A model generated the notes under the pieces. It was not told where the DNA came from, searched no databases, and saw only the letters and a list, made by a program, of their open reading frames with translations. The translations under genes were made by a program, and so were the position numbers. Positions 1-13,003 of a stretch of 64,000 bases of DNA are shown piece by piece. This DNA comes from Takakia lepidozioides (Eukaryota > Plantae > Bryophyta): assembly GCA_030704615.1 (NCBI GenBank), contig CM060734.1:34720001-34784000 (forward strand), given 5' to 3'. Position 1 is the stretch's first letter, and each line of letters opens with the position of its first letter.

Positions 1-157
1 CTATATGTGAAGAAAGGGAGAGCAATGAACAAAAGAAGAGACAACCACCAGTCAAATACCTTCTTGAGGGAGACAGGCTCTGAAAAGCTATGATTAGCAG
101 GATGTCATTGAGAAACTGACTGCTTCCTCCTCTCTTTCTCTCTCTGTAACACCACAC

Positions 158-462
158 AATCTATCAAGGGAATTGTGCCTGTACCTCTGTTTACCAACTT
201 TGAAAGTCTCGAGGCTGAGCCAAAAGCCCAGGCCCTTCTGGGGCCTAGTTACTGGGCAAACCATACACAGCAGATTGATGCTTGTGTGAAGGGATTTCTA
301 GAGGATATCAGGAAAACCCGGATCAATGCTTTATACCAAGGTGAGTCTTACTACCAACGTCAGCCCCTGACAGAGGTAGGTTCTGTCCCTTTGTGTTCCG
401 CTCAAACTGGGCGCGGGGTCAATGGCCACAAGGCTACGGCAAACAACGTCTTATGAGTACAA
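158..462 (+). mobile_element. 5'-truncated LINE 3' end (family A, ends ...TTATGAGTACA)
   Basis: Near-identical to copies at 2729, 18004, 28269, 40526 and 47151. Flanked by a 15-bp TSD, tctgtaacaccacac (143-157) / tctgtagcaccacac (463-477). Confidence 0.85.
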
Positions 463-1591
463 TCTGTAGCACCACACCCCACACCCCACCCCCCCGCCCC
501 CTCTTTGTGCACCTTTCATGCATTGTATCTGGAAGTTGAGCTGCAGCTGCATATGTCAGGTCTGTCCCTTCCTCCTTTCCCTCCCCCACAATAACCTCAA
601 CTGTGCATAAGCACTATGGAATTTGGGGCCTTCTGACATATATCTACTCCACAACGGGCTCCAGGAGTGTGATCATTCCGGAGGGTCTATAGTTGGTCAT
701 CCCTGTGACTGATCCATAGCAACCTCTTCTTTCTCCCTACGTTGTACCTGCAATTTGGCTTTGGTCGTAAAAGATTTTGAGCCTCACCTGATTGCTTGGT
801 TATGATTGTCTGTAGTTTTGCCACGTAGCCTTGTCAAGGAGGGGTCCACGCAAACATGCAGGGAGAGGGAGAAAGAGATCCACTCCTCCATTGCTCCCTG
901 CAAATGTTGACTGTGACATACCATTGAGGGCATAGCTCCCTACCCTCTGGTATCTGGTGTTGGGGGACTTGGAGATTGTCTATGGTCGGTTCTGGTTTTC
1001 AGATCATATGATAAAGCATGATAAATTGTACAAAGTCTAAACTACTACTGCTGCTATAGCCCTCTAGCTGAAGAAGAACTAAGGAAGACTCTTGCCGAAG
1101 CAAGCGTGACTCATGGTGTTACTTCAGCCTGAAGGGCTGCCTTCCGTTTCGAAGTGGATACCTTCTAGCGGCTGTAACCAGGGCATCGGTGTTGCCCAAC
1201 CCTCTCCCAAGGACTCGAAAGTCCCCAGGTACCACACATTAAGTAACCAATTGACTCAATTACCCCCGTTTTATAGCTGGGTTGGGCATAGTGAGTGATA
1301 TCCAACATGCACCTATGTGGCATTTAGAACCCACGACCACTTGTAAGGCAACCTTGTGCCCTAACCACTGTGCCATCTATAAAACACATCCTGTGACATT
1401 GTTTGTGTGTGGATTCTTGCACTTCTGGGCACATGCAGAGATAGGGTGCCAGAGTGGGAAAGAGTGAGATCCAAATGATTTCAGAGTGATCCACAGTCTT
1501 GGCCAATTGGGATACAAACTTGTGGAACTTTCATTGGTTCGGGGGCAGACTGTGAAAAATTCACCAACAGAAGCCATTGGGGTGGGTGCAG

Positions 1592-3841
1592 GCAGGGCTT
1601 GGGAACATGTTTGGTGGCATGCAGGGCATGCAAGGATTGTATGACACAGTCAGAAAGGCCCAGCAAGTTGTCCAGGTGGAAGCTGTCCGTGTGCAAAAAG
1701 AGCTTGCAGCGTATGTAGTCACATTTTAATTATTTTCCCCTTTGTTCTGGTTACACACTCTCCGATTTTTGGTGCACCTGGTCTCATAGTGCCTGCAGTA
1801 GTCTCATTCATGATGTTTCGCTCTCTTTTGGGCCTTGAGTGTTATTTTGTTCCCGAAACGTGATCAATAAACGAACGGATTTGTCAATAAAGGTAGCATC
1901 CTCATTTTATATGGTATTCAAATCAGTGTACCACATCTGCGAAAATAGAAGTGCAGGATAAAAAATCTCTTGGAAATCTAGTATTAGAATCAGTGTGGTA
2001 AAAACTTAGTGCCCTTGATTCCATCAGGATTCCTCTTGTTGTTTTTGTGGTGGTTTTGCGATTTGTTGTCATTGTGGGTTTGCGATGGTGATGAACCAAT
2101 GTGTTGGAGAGCCATGGCTAGAGGAAGAGATTTGATTAGGAGTGCAGATACAGTTGGCAAGTTTAGCACTCATACTAAGTGACTTTTGCAGTGCGGAATT
2201 CGACGGTTACTGTGAGGGGGAGCTTGTCAAGGTCAGTCCTCTTAACCTCTTCTCTCGGATAATCCTCGTCTTTCTTTGAACGTGCTGTTTGAGATCACAA
2301 CTAGGGCTATTGTTTAGGCTAAGGTTAATGGATAATGGGATATGGCAAGCATAGGAAATAAACAGACGTACTTATCAGTCCTCATAGAGCAGATACCTAA
2401 GCTGTATGTGTAAATGGGAAACATGGTTTAGAATTTCTAGTCTACAAATCCAGTTGCAGCATTTCTCAACTACAAGTTGTACTTGTCGTGACGTATTACA
2501 CACTTCTGCACGACCTGATGGTTGCCAATGAGCATAGAGGGTGATACATAGAGGGTGCCGAAGCATTCAAAGCCTTAAGTACTGGCTGGAATTTACGGGG
2601 CACACAGGTCACTCTTTCTGGAAACCAAGAGCCAGTGCGTGTGGAGATCACCGAAGTAGCTTTGGAACAAGGGGCAGAAGTGAGTATCTTTCTTTCACAT
2701 CTCTTGCTTTGTGTCTCTTCTGCGTATGTTGTGTGGGCAACCCGAAGACAATATTCATTTTCTGATTCACTGCCCGGGGTATTCTCACCAGAGAGAAGCT
2801 CTCCTCCAATCTATCAAGAGAATTGTGCCTGTACCTCTGTTTACCAACTCTGAAAGTCTCGAGGCTGAGCCAAAAGCCCAGGCCCTTCTGAGGCCTAGTT
2901 TTTGGGCAAATCACACACAGCAGATTGATGCTTGTGTGAAGGGATTTCTAGAGGATATCTGGAAAACCCGAATTAATTCTATTTATAAAGGTAAGTCTTA
3001 CTACCAATGTCAGCCCCTGACAGAGGTAGGTTCTGTCCCTTAGGTTTCCGCTCAAACTGGGCACGGGGTCAATGGCCACAAGGCTACGGCAGACAACGTC
3101 TTATGAGTACATTCTCTTCTGCGTATGGACTCATCATGCAATGCAGTTATGGCGTATATTACTAGACCATGCAAACCTGGCTTAAGGACCAGAAGTGGGC
3201 ACCGTAGCCCTCTTTGAAATCGATTAACTTATAGTGCCATTTGTCCTTGATTACCCCCAGTCTGGTGCACATTGTGATGTAGTCTGGATCCTCATGTGAT
3301 AAACTGTCCTTGTGAATGCTGTGTGGAGATTTTTGGCGTCCCCATGGAATGACTTGATTAGATGGGTTTGGAGGAAAGAGCCCAGAATAGAACTGACATC
3401 ACTCTGCATGTGCAGAAGCTATCCATGTTGGTAAATGAGGCATACAAGGATGCTCATTCAAAAAGTGTCAAGGTAAGCAAAAATATGGGTTCAGTCTTAA
3501 AATGCTCCCAAATTCTACCATTCTCTGATGAATTGTATTCTCAATGTTCCAGGCCAACTTGACATTTATATCACTGTCTCTCTTTCTTTCCCTTACTTTG
3601 TTCCTTGTTGGTGCCTCATCTGTAAGTCAGTTCTGGCATCAGTGTTTTACTGTCTAGTATCATGCAAAGCAATCTGTTTTGTCCATCTCTTATTTTCTCT
3701 TTGGTCCAGATTCTGGACTTGCTGCTGCTTCATTTAACTTGACTAACTCTGCTGTCTGGTGTGCAGGCAATGAAGGAGCGAATGAAAAACTTAGCAGAAA
3801 GCCTTGGGATGCCTCCAGGGCTAAGTGGGCCTGGTGTCTAG
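1592..3841 (+). CDS. STIC2: YbaB/EbfC-family plastid protein (STIC2/At4g30620-like), 5'-partial; exons 1592-1710, 2192-2231, 2608-2679, 3416-3472, 3767-3841
   Basis: GT-AG exons with consistent phases splice to ...GMQGLYDTVRKAQQVVQVEAVRVQKELAAAEFDGYCEGELVKVTLSGNQEPVRVEITEVALEQGAEKLSMLVNEAYKDAHSKSVKAMKERMKNLAESLGMPPGLSGPGV*, the plant YbaB/EbfC signature. The first (transit peptide) exon was not found in the window. Confidence 0.92.
2729..3112 (+). mobile_element. 5'-truncated LINE 3' end (family A), intronic
   Basis: Encodes a LINE ORF2 C-terminal Zn-knuckle-like segment (LCGQPEDNIHFLIHCPGY...GFLEDIWKTR). Perfect 15-bp TSD tctcttctgcgtatg (2714-2728 / 3113-3127). Confidence 0.9.
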
Positions 3842-6501
3842 GAATGTCTTTTTGTGTTCTGGTATCAGGACAATAGCCAGCTCTCATGTTGACTCTGGCT
3901 GGTGAGTTTGCTCAATTTGTACTCAATTTTGCTTCGAGGTGTTGGTCTACATGTGCAATTGGTAGTTGCTGCTGCACACCCTCTTTTAGTGGAAGCTTGT
4001 GCTCAAGAGCTCTGCAATCGATGCCTATTCTCTTCTTGGACAGGTTTTCTTGTTACTTAGTTTCCAAATGTCCAGTGGAGTTCGATTCTCTGTTAGGGTA
4101 ATTCTTCATGGTAATACTTGTACCAGAAATAACTTGGAGGTTTACCAATGCACAATTAGCTGACCTCTTGCATCTCTTCTCCAATCGGTAATGTAGGCAG
4201 AAGCCCAAACCAAACCACTCCTTAGGAGGGAATAGCATTATTTTGTTTTAGGTTGTGACCATCTATGTCTAACATCGAGCTCTTCCGGTGGGACGTTCTG
4301 TACACAGTGACTATGGCATAGGTTGCTCTTTTCCATCATAACATGGAAGTACTCAAAGTAACTGAGGGAATGGCCCTGCCTAATTCGGGTGTTGTTGCTC
4401 GCGGCCTTCTCTCTTGTTTCCTTCCTGTAGCGGTGCGGGGCTGCGTGCTGTCCTTTTCGTCTCGACTCTTGGCTCTGGGATTGTCTGGTCCCTGTAAGCC
4501 TTCACGGCCTTTTTGGTGGTTATCTTTTCCACCTCACTTCTCTGGGGTTCTGCCCCCTTTCTAAAAAAAGAGAAACCCATGGTGGGAGCAGGTTAGATTG
4601 TGTTCTGAATGGAAATGATTGGCTGATATGTATCAAAAAATGGTCGACTCCTACCGTAGCAAACGGAGTAAAAGTTAGGACAATAGGCAGCTCAAGATAT
4701 ATAGTATTTTTATCCTTTCCTCCAACTCCGGCCTTTGAATGCTAAAGGTGAGCAGCCTGTATAGTGGCCATGATGGCTGAAGTCACAACTGTGTCAGGAT
4801 CTTGAAAGCTATGAAAGTTCTGCTCATGTATGGCCTGACCCATGCGTTACTGAAGCTTCAGGCATCCTCAGAGGTCTGTGCATGACCTTTACTTGTTGGG
4901 AAACACACCTAGTTAGGCATTCCAGGATTTAGTTATAGTGGTTTTGTTTCTTATGCAGCTAAGGTGATTGGGGTTTCCTGGAAGATATATAGCACCACTG
5001 TCTCGTCCCTCAGCACTGTGTGTAAGGCAACACACACAGACAAAAGAGAGGCAGAAGCCTGAAAGAGCAGCGGAAAAGAGTATTATCAAGCTAGGACTTG
5101 AGCTGGGTCATCAGCTTGTGATGCGTGGCTCAACGTTGACGCCAAATCAAGTCCCCTGCGTGAGCATCCAGTGTCAGTTGGACCCAATAGCCAAGTTAAC
5201 CCCGAAAGGACAAGGGCCAATTTTTGCCAAGACCTCAAAAACTGGACCCCGGCCCTCTAAAACATTTATATCTTGAGATTTACTAAGGCCCTGGAAAACT
5301 AACCGTTGGAATATACTCTCAAATACCCCACCTACGACCACAAAAATCCCTGTCTAAATCCAACCAGCAGATCCAAAGAATATAATGTCTAAAATGGTGC
5401 AAAAAAATAAAAAACATGAAGTAAATAGGGGGAAAAAAGTGCTTTTTCTATCGAATTTCCCATCTGCGAACTGGTCTGACATGACACTCTCCAGAATCTG
5501 GTGCCCTGTCATATAAGACACCTTCCCTGCAAATTTCATCTTTTTCTGACATAATCTCAGGTGGGCTGCTTTGTATGCTAAAAATGGGGGGTCAAATTTG
5601 GGGTTTTCCTTCGGGCAGGAAAAAAATGTTTGTTCAGAAAATTGAGGAAAACTTTTGAGCCGTTCATTTGGCAATCGCTCCGGTGGGAATGTTGTGGGTG
5701 GGTATGGCTTTTCCCCAAAAACATTTCGGGCCAATCTGAGTCTCCTACTAGGTCTTTTTACCCCCTGCCCACGAGACTTGCAATTGCACCTATGTGGGCC
5801 TATAATTTTTGGCCAGTAGCCCTCTCTTGTGGAGGGTTTTAGGGGGTGCCTCATTCTACCCGTCCCAAATTGATTAGGCCTCCACCCCTCCCAAGGCATG
5901 TCCACCCCCCCCCCACCCAGGTTCGGGCCACCCCTACGTTTATTGGGTTTTGGGGTCACCCACCCCACGCGTTCATGGGCCACCCATGCCGGAAATGTGT
6001 CCCGGTTTTCATAGCGGAAAAACAAAACTCGCTGGATTTCACAAAGTGGACGGAATATGCCAACATGATTTGAATTTGGATGAATGTGGGAGGTTTCTAC
6101 ATCCATACTTCCATGGATGATGTTGGATGAATTTGGATGAGTTTGGATGGCATGGAGATCTCCGAGGCAGGTCGGCTGCGGATGCCATTTAGGGGGTAAG
6201 TGGCGCAATAAAGGATGTTGGGAGACGCGCCACCCTGCCATGGGGGGCTGCATGGAATTTCACCCTAACCTGACCCTAGTTGTCACGTCATCCTCAGGGT
6301 AGGTTAGATGGTGGAAAGTGGCCTCAAAATCACGAGTGTGGGGACTCTATGCTCTTCACGTGGCAATTGCCAGGACATATGACCAATTGGGAAATGCCAC
6401 GTCATACCTGACTTGATTTCCAATCGAATGAGCCTATGTGGGCCCACATCAGGCTTAACCAGCCTGTTTTCTAAACCCAACCGACCCAAGTTGGGTCGTT
6501 T

Positions 6502-6929
6502 TGACGCTTAGGGGTTAACTAGTACTAACTTAGTAAGTAGTAAGAGCATCCCCACCAGTGTCCTTAAATGCCACGGTACTCGAGCCCCCAGCCTTGGTAT
6601 CCGCACATGCTAGAGCGACTAAAAAGCACGCCGGCGTGCATTTATGGCGTGATGGTAAGGCGGTGTCTACCAGGTGGTCCCTCCGCAGCAAGGCACGTCA
6701 TCAAAAATTACAGGGCAATTTGATGGAGTTGCCGCTGGGGAGGGGAGGGGAGTGTTCGAGGCTGCGGGAGGATACCATTGGAGTGGTGTTTAGTATACCC
6801 AAGGTGGAGATGCTCTAAGAGGCACTGGAAGAGCTTCTCCTTTATATACTCTCTCCGGGTGGTGGGCCCGACCCGACCCTTCCATAATGTTGGCCCCCCC
6901 ACATCTCACCCCTAGCAACCACCACATCA
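6502..6929 (-). repeat. LTR-like dispersed repeat (possible solo LTR) interrupted by a MITE
   Basis: Shares the tactaacttagtaag, ctttatatac...gtgggcccgaccc and cacccctagcaaccaccacat blocks with 58160-58357 and partly with 36220-36312. TG...CA ends; no TSD seen. Confidence 0.5.
6544..6815. mobile_element. Tourist (PIF/Harbinger) MITE
   Basis: TIRs GAGCATCCCCACC / GGTGGAGATGCTC and 3-bp TAA TSD (6541-6543, 6816-6818). Absent from the homologous repeat at ~58225. Confidence 0.88.
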
Positions 6930-6931
6930 CA

Positions 6932-7170
6932 CCTGTACTCTGCTTACCCCAATTCGGTGCCGGACCATCCCCCAAATAGTTGTCGCCTTCCCATTGTCTT
7001 TTTTCTTACCCCCTCACAATCAAAGGTGGAACAATAAGTATATTTTCCTCTCAATATTCATATAAATCATCCCTTAGGTAGTTGGATGTAATTTTATTGA
7101 TATTAATTGAACCAACATGATGGACCAAAAGCTTCGTTTTTGGGATGTTGGACGGTTACTGGAAGCAAGA
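6932..7170 (+). repeat. Dispersed repeat, inverted homolog at 58527-58968
   Basis: For example, attaattgaaccaacatgatggaccaaaagcttcgtttttgggatgttggacg is reverse-complemented at ~58545-58595. The 58-kb copy carries an extra ~200 bp. Confidence 0.8.
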
Positions 7171-8302
7171 TCCGGGTTCGGGTATTTGAACATGAAAACG
7201 GGTTGGATCCAAGTTTTTGCAGGAAAATACCATTATTGTACTGCTATGTGCCAGTCGGTTGGGGTATGTGCACTGGTATGAATAAGGGTATTGTAGAACA
7301 TACCAGTTGGGTATGTCCCGGGGCATATACACCAGTGTTGTGCGCGTAAATAGATTTTTGCTTATCCTCCGAGTAAGGGTAAATAGGAATCAGAGGATTA
7401 TTTATCCTCCGGATAAGGGTAAATTATATCTCCATTTTTTTTATCCTACGGGTAAAGGGTAAAGGCCAATATTTTTGACCGGGTAAGGATAAATGATTTA
7501 CCCTTATATACCCACCGGGTAAATAAATGATATATAGAAGGATATATAAATTTTTGGTTTGTTATGCTCAACTCAAAAAATATAACTAATTAAATTAAGG
7601 CAATCAATTTTTGTTCTATTTTTTGGTTTAGTATGAGGCTGATTGTATTATATGTTGTATAATATGAGGGACGATCGTGAGAGTGTTTCTTCACACCAAA
7701 GATAATAATCAAACAAAGCCAAATAAGACCATTTTTCCAAGGGCATAAAGCCATTTTGGTTTATTGTAGGGAAAAAATTAAACCCTATAATACCATAGAT
7801 AAAAGACACATCCATTGGATGAGGGACAAGCCCAATCCGATTACTAGAGAGAAAGCTATATGGAATAGCGAGAGCCTAGAATTAACTAGAATAACCCGAG
7901 ATCGCCGGGAAAGCAGATGGGTGACCGTTACGGTCAAAGCCCATACCCTTCAATGATGATAAATTATGAATGCTGGAAATCGTATGCATGCAGAGCGAAA
8001 ATGACCCTTGTATATAACCGCCAGCCTACCCCCATGCCCCTGCTTGCGAGGAGCCAAAACAGTCGGAGAGAGAGGCGGAGCAGGGCGGTTGAATTACTTG
8101 TCGAATCTGAGCTTGAAAAAACTCTTTTTTGGCGATGCTTACAATTCATATCTCGATCGAATTCAGTCATGGAATTTGAAGTGCGCTCCTCCCAACATCT
8201 TTATAACTACCTGCACAAAGTTCTGTTTTCGATTCCAAATGCTAATTTTTATTATTTTTTTAAATGCTAATCACACCATACTGCCCTCTAGCTCCCAAGA
8301 AA

Positions 8303-8660
8303 TGTTGGAATTCGACAGAGAATAGAGATAAAAGATGAACTGATTACTGAGAACTCTCCACCCAGCCATAGGACCACAACAAGCTGTGTCCACCCTCCAA
8401 GCTCTCCCTATTTATACTCAAAGTCTAATCCAGAAATAGCTGAGATAACTATAGCATAACTCCATGCTTTTACTTAAGTTATCTCCACCTGCTATTCTGG
8501 TACAATGACTTGAGTCACTAATAACTGAAGCTAATTTTAGCTAATCGAGGCTTATCTCTATTGTTAACTGTGACTTGTCAGCACTCCTATTATGGAAGCC
8601 TGACTTGTCATCACAGTAATTCTAGGTAGTAGTAACTTGGTCAAGAGTTGATTTCCAACA
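8303..8660 (-). repeat. 3' LTR of copia element
   Basis: Direct repeat of 12649-13003, adjacent to the PPT. Confidence 0.95.
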
Positions 8661-9609
8661 CCCCCACTCAACGAGTTACCAAGTTAAGCACTTAACTACT
8701 CTCATCAAACCTCGAAAGCGTTCAAGCTTTTCAGCACTAAGCCCTTTTGTCAGTATGTCTGCAACCATATTATTGGTGTTGCAATATACAAGCTTGATAA
8801 CTCCAGCTTTAGTCTTCTCTCGTACCAAATGATGACGAATCTCAATATGCTTTGTGCGAGCATGAAACATTGGATTCTTTGAGAGAGCAATACACCCTTG
8901 GTTGTCATCATATATGACCATGGTATCCCTCTGTGGACGACCAATACTAGATAGAAATGATAATAACCATAATGCTTGTCTTGTAGCTTGAGATGCAGCC
9001 ATATATCTGCCTCAGTCCAAGACATAACAATTGTAGATTGCTTCTTGCTGCTCCAGCTTACAGCTCCATTTGCTAGCATAAAAACATAGCCAGATGTAGA
9101 GTGACAGTCATCAACATTACCAGCCCAATCTGCATCACAATAACCGTATAGCTCTGTGCTTTTGCAAGCACTATCTGAGATACCATATGAACCCACTTGA
9201 TCCAACTGAACATTATCATTGTTTTTTCTCAAGCACAAACCATAGTCCAGTGTGCCTCTCAGATAACGGAAAATCCGCTTTACTGCAACCCAATGGAGTT
9301 GCCCAGGGTTAGCCACATATTGGCTTACAACCCCCAGTGCTTGTGAAATATCTGGCCTAGTACAAACCATTGCATACATGAGACTTCCCACAACACTCTG
9401 ATAGGGAATATCTCTCATTGTCTCCAAGTCTAAAGCACTTTTAGGACTCATCTCCTTTGAGAGTTTGCAATTTGGGACAAACGGGGTATTTACCGGCATA
9501 CTTTCAACCATACCAAAGCACCTTAAGATATCTTCAAGATATTTATGCTGGTTCAGGTGAATCGTTCGGTCTTGTTGAACACGAGTTACCGATACCCCCA
9601 AGCAGTACT

Positions 9610-9955
9610 GGATCTCTTTCAGATCCACCATCTCAAACTTCATTGAGATATCGCTTTGTCTTTTTCAACAAAGCCTGATCATTAACACATGATAACATGA
9701 TCTCTTTCAGATCCACCATCTCAAACCTCTTTGAGATATCACTTTGTCTTTTCAACAAAGACTGATCATTAACACATGATCACAAGATCTCTTTTAGATC
9801 CACCATCTCAAATCTCTTTGAGATATCACTTTGTCATTTCAACAAAGTCAATTTGTTATGATCACACAACCACTATCTCAATCTCATTTGAGATATTGAC
9901 ACTCTGTATGTGTTTCAACAGAGTCAAGTCATTAAAGACCAAGATCAGATCTTCA
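9610..9955 (-). repeat. ~88-bp tandem repeat (3 clear + 1 diverged unit) inside copia RT
   Basis: The unit gatctctttcagatccaccatctcaaa...ttgagatatcactttgtc...ttcaacaaag recurs at ~9611, 9698 and 9787. Confidence 0.85.
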
Positions 9956-12648
9956 CCATACAATGTTATGATCACAGAAGAGTTTCCATAAGCCCTCTTA
10001 TAGTAAACACTATAATCAGCAGAGCTCCTCTCAAACTCTTCAGCCATGAAATATGCATCAATCTTAGCATTCCATGCCCTAGGGGATTGCTTCAAACCAT
10101 ACAAGGACTTGAGAGCTTACATACCATCATTTCCTTCCTTTTTTCAGCAAATCCCTCGGCTGGTCCATGTATATTTCTTCCATAAGATCTCCATTCCAAT
10201 TGATGTACCTCAAGATTTTCAACAGCAACAAACGCTAGAATCACTCGAATTGACTCCATCCGTGCAACAGAGGATAAGGTTTCATTGTAATCAATACCTT
10301 CAATTTGCGAAAACCCCTTTGCAACCAAATGCGCTTTGTACCTTGTTACAGAACCATCTACATTGTACTTAATCTTGAAAATCCATTTGCAGCCAAGTCC
10401 AGATGGAAGTTGAACAAGACTCCAAGTCTTATTATCCTGAAGAGACTTAAACTCAGATGTTATAGCTTCTTTCCAGTGTGAAGAGTTCCCACTCCTCATT
10501 GCATCTGACACACTTTGAGGTTCATCACTGTCAATGAAATAGGCAGAATATACCTTTGAGGGTTTTCAATCATAGTTTATTGTACCTCCTCCATTTGAAC
10601 CTCAAACTTAGAACTACTGTTTCCTGATGAAAGTTCCTGGACTCATTGAATATCACATCACGACTGATGATCACATACTTGCTCTTAGGGTTATACAACT
10701 TATATCCTTTGGTTTCCTCTCAATAACCAATGAAGATACACTTGATTGTTTTTACATCCAATTTCTTCTTTACTTCCTTTGGATCATGGGCAAATGCAAC
10801 ACACCCAAAGACGTGTAAATGATCAACTGAATGTTTCTCATCCTTCCAAACCTCTTCCGGTGTCTTTGTAGAGATTGCCTTATTAGGAAGTCGATTATAG
10901 GGATATGTTGCAGTCGCCACTGCTTCTACCCAACGTGGTCCAACCTCATGTGTTGCAACATACACCTCACACTTTCAACAAACGTTCGATTCTTCCTCTC
11001 TGCAACTCCATTCTGCTTTAACGTATATGGTGTGATTGATTGTTTCACAATACCATTCTCTTATAGAATTGATTAAAATTCCTTGAGATGTACTCACCAC
11101 CGCCATCACACCGAAGTATTTTGATCATTTCTCCAGTTTGATTCTTCACCAAAGCTTTGAATGCTTTGAACCTATCGAGAACTCCAAACTTATTTTACAT
11201 CATGTAAAGAAATATTTTCTTAGAAAACTCATCAGTGAAGGTCAAGAAATACTTTGCACCTTCATGAGATTCAGACGACATATGACCATATAGATCAGTA
11301 TGCACCGGCTCAAGAACCTTCTTTGTTCAAGAACCTCCATCATTTGGAAATGAGTTGCGATGGTGTTTACCATACACACATCCGTCACAAACACTCAAGA
11401 CCTGATCTCCTGTAAGATCCATGCTTCAACCAGATTGTTAGCTGACATGCATGTCAAACTTTGAATTGAGACATGTCCAAGTCTCTGATGCCCGAGGTCA
11501 CTTTGCTTGAGAGTAGCAATGCAATCCACATGTAATGCTTGGACAGCCCCAACAGCTTGTACAATCTTGTATCTTGAACTACCTTAGTTTAACCAACAAT
11601 GATTGGTAGAAACCTCAACCATAAGACCTTGCTCAGTTAACTGACTAACTGACAATATGTTCTTTGTCAATCTTTGAACATAGATCTCCGATCTCTTGTG
11701 ACACTCCAGGTGATAATTGAAACACGACAGTACCTTTTCATGGATATCAAGACTAGTAGTACTGTTGTCTCTAAAATACACCTTGTGTTCCACAAAAAGT
11801 TCTTTGAAGGTTGAGAATGCTTCCCTTTGGAACATCATATGTTGAGATGCTCATGAATCAATGATTCACCACACATCTCTACAACTAGAAGAGATTGACA
11901 AAGCTACAACCAAAAAGTTTAGTTCTGTCAGCCATAATTGCCGATGAAACTTCACTCTGTAACTTTTCTTTCTTCTCATCCTCTAGTTTTTTCTTGATGC
12001 ATAATGACCTCTTATGCCACAAAAGAAACAAACTCTGTGTTTTTTCTTCTTGAATTTAACTTCCCTCCTCCATCTTACAACTCTTGGTTAAGATAGAGCC
12101 GATTGACATCATGATTTCTTCCAAAACTGACACATAGATTGAACCATGCTTATCTAGCACTTTTAGCATGTGCAACATGATGAAGTATTGAATCTGCAAC
12201 ATTCAACAACATGGTTCCTTGAGCCAACTTATCTTTCTTCGCAAAAAATTGTTGCTCAGGAGTCAACCTTGCGACTATGATCTCTCCATCTTCAGGCTGC
12301 AGTTGAACTGGTGCAACCGCTTCTCCTGATGTGATCTCCCACAGATCTTTCTCATGAAGAATGAACTCTATCTTAATCTTCTATGTATGAAAATTGTGAC
12401 CATCTAACTTCTCCACTCGGGTATGATCAGCAAAAGGTGCCATGATGTTAGTTTGATGTTTTGCCAACTATAAAACACCCTCAAACTTTCAGATTTAACT
12501 CCAAACACTCAAGCTTTCAGATCTGACACCAATCACTCAACTCCAAGCATTCAAGCTTTCAGATTTAACCCAAATACTCAAGCCTATTGGTTGTAAATCA
12601 AATACTCATCTCCATCTATCTCTCAGACAGAACCAAGCTCTGATACCA

Positions 12649-13003
12649 TGTTGGAATTCGACAAAGAATAGAGATAAAAGATGAACTGATTACTGAGAAC
12701 TCTCCACCCAACCATAGGACCACAACAAGTTGTGTTGAGCTCTCCTATTTATACTCAAAGTCTAATCCAGAAATAGCTGAGATAACTATAACATAACTCC
12801 ATGCTTTTACGTAAGTTATCTCCACCTGCTATTACAATGACTTGAGTCAGTAATAATTGAAGCTAACTTTAGCTATCTTTTAGCTAACCGAGGCTTATCT
12901 CTATTGTTAACTGTGTCTTGTCGGCACTCCTATTATGGAAGCCTGACTTGTCATCACAGTAACTCTAGGTAGTAGTAACTTGGTCAAGAGTTGATTTCCA
13001 ACA
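12649..13003 (-). repeat. 5' LTR of copia element
   Basis: Direct repeat of 8303-8660, adjacent to the PBS. Confidence 0.95.

Larger units (their letters stand above)
8303..13003 (-). mobile_element. Full-length but degenerate Ty1/copia LTR retrotransposon
   Basis: LTRs 8303-8660 and 12649-13003 (TGTTGG...CCAACA), 5-bp TSD AGAAA on both sides, PBS TGGTATCAGAGC (Met-i tRNA; 12637-12648), PPT at 8661-8671. Fragments of integrase, RT (YGLKQSPRAWN, CTRPDI) and RNase H (YCDADWAG, HARTKHIEIRHH) in copia order, with many frameshifts. Confidence 0.97.

Noticed and set aside
5354-6253. 299-aa minus-strand ORF
   Set aside because: No recognisable motif, compositionally heterogeneous, and located in transposon-like DNA; likely a chance ORF.
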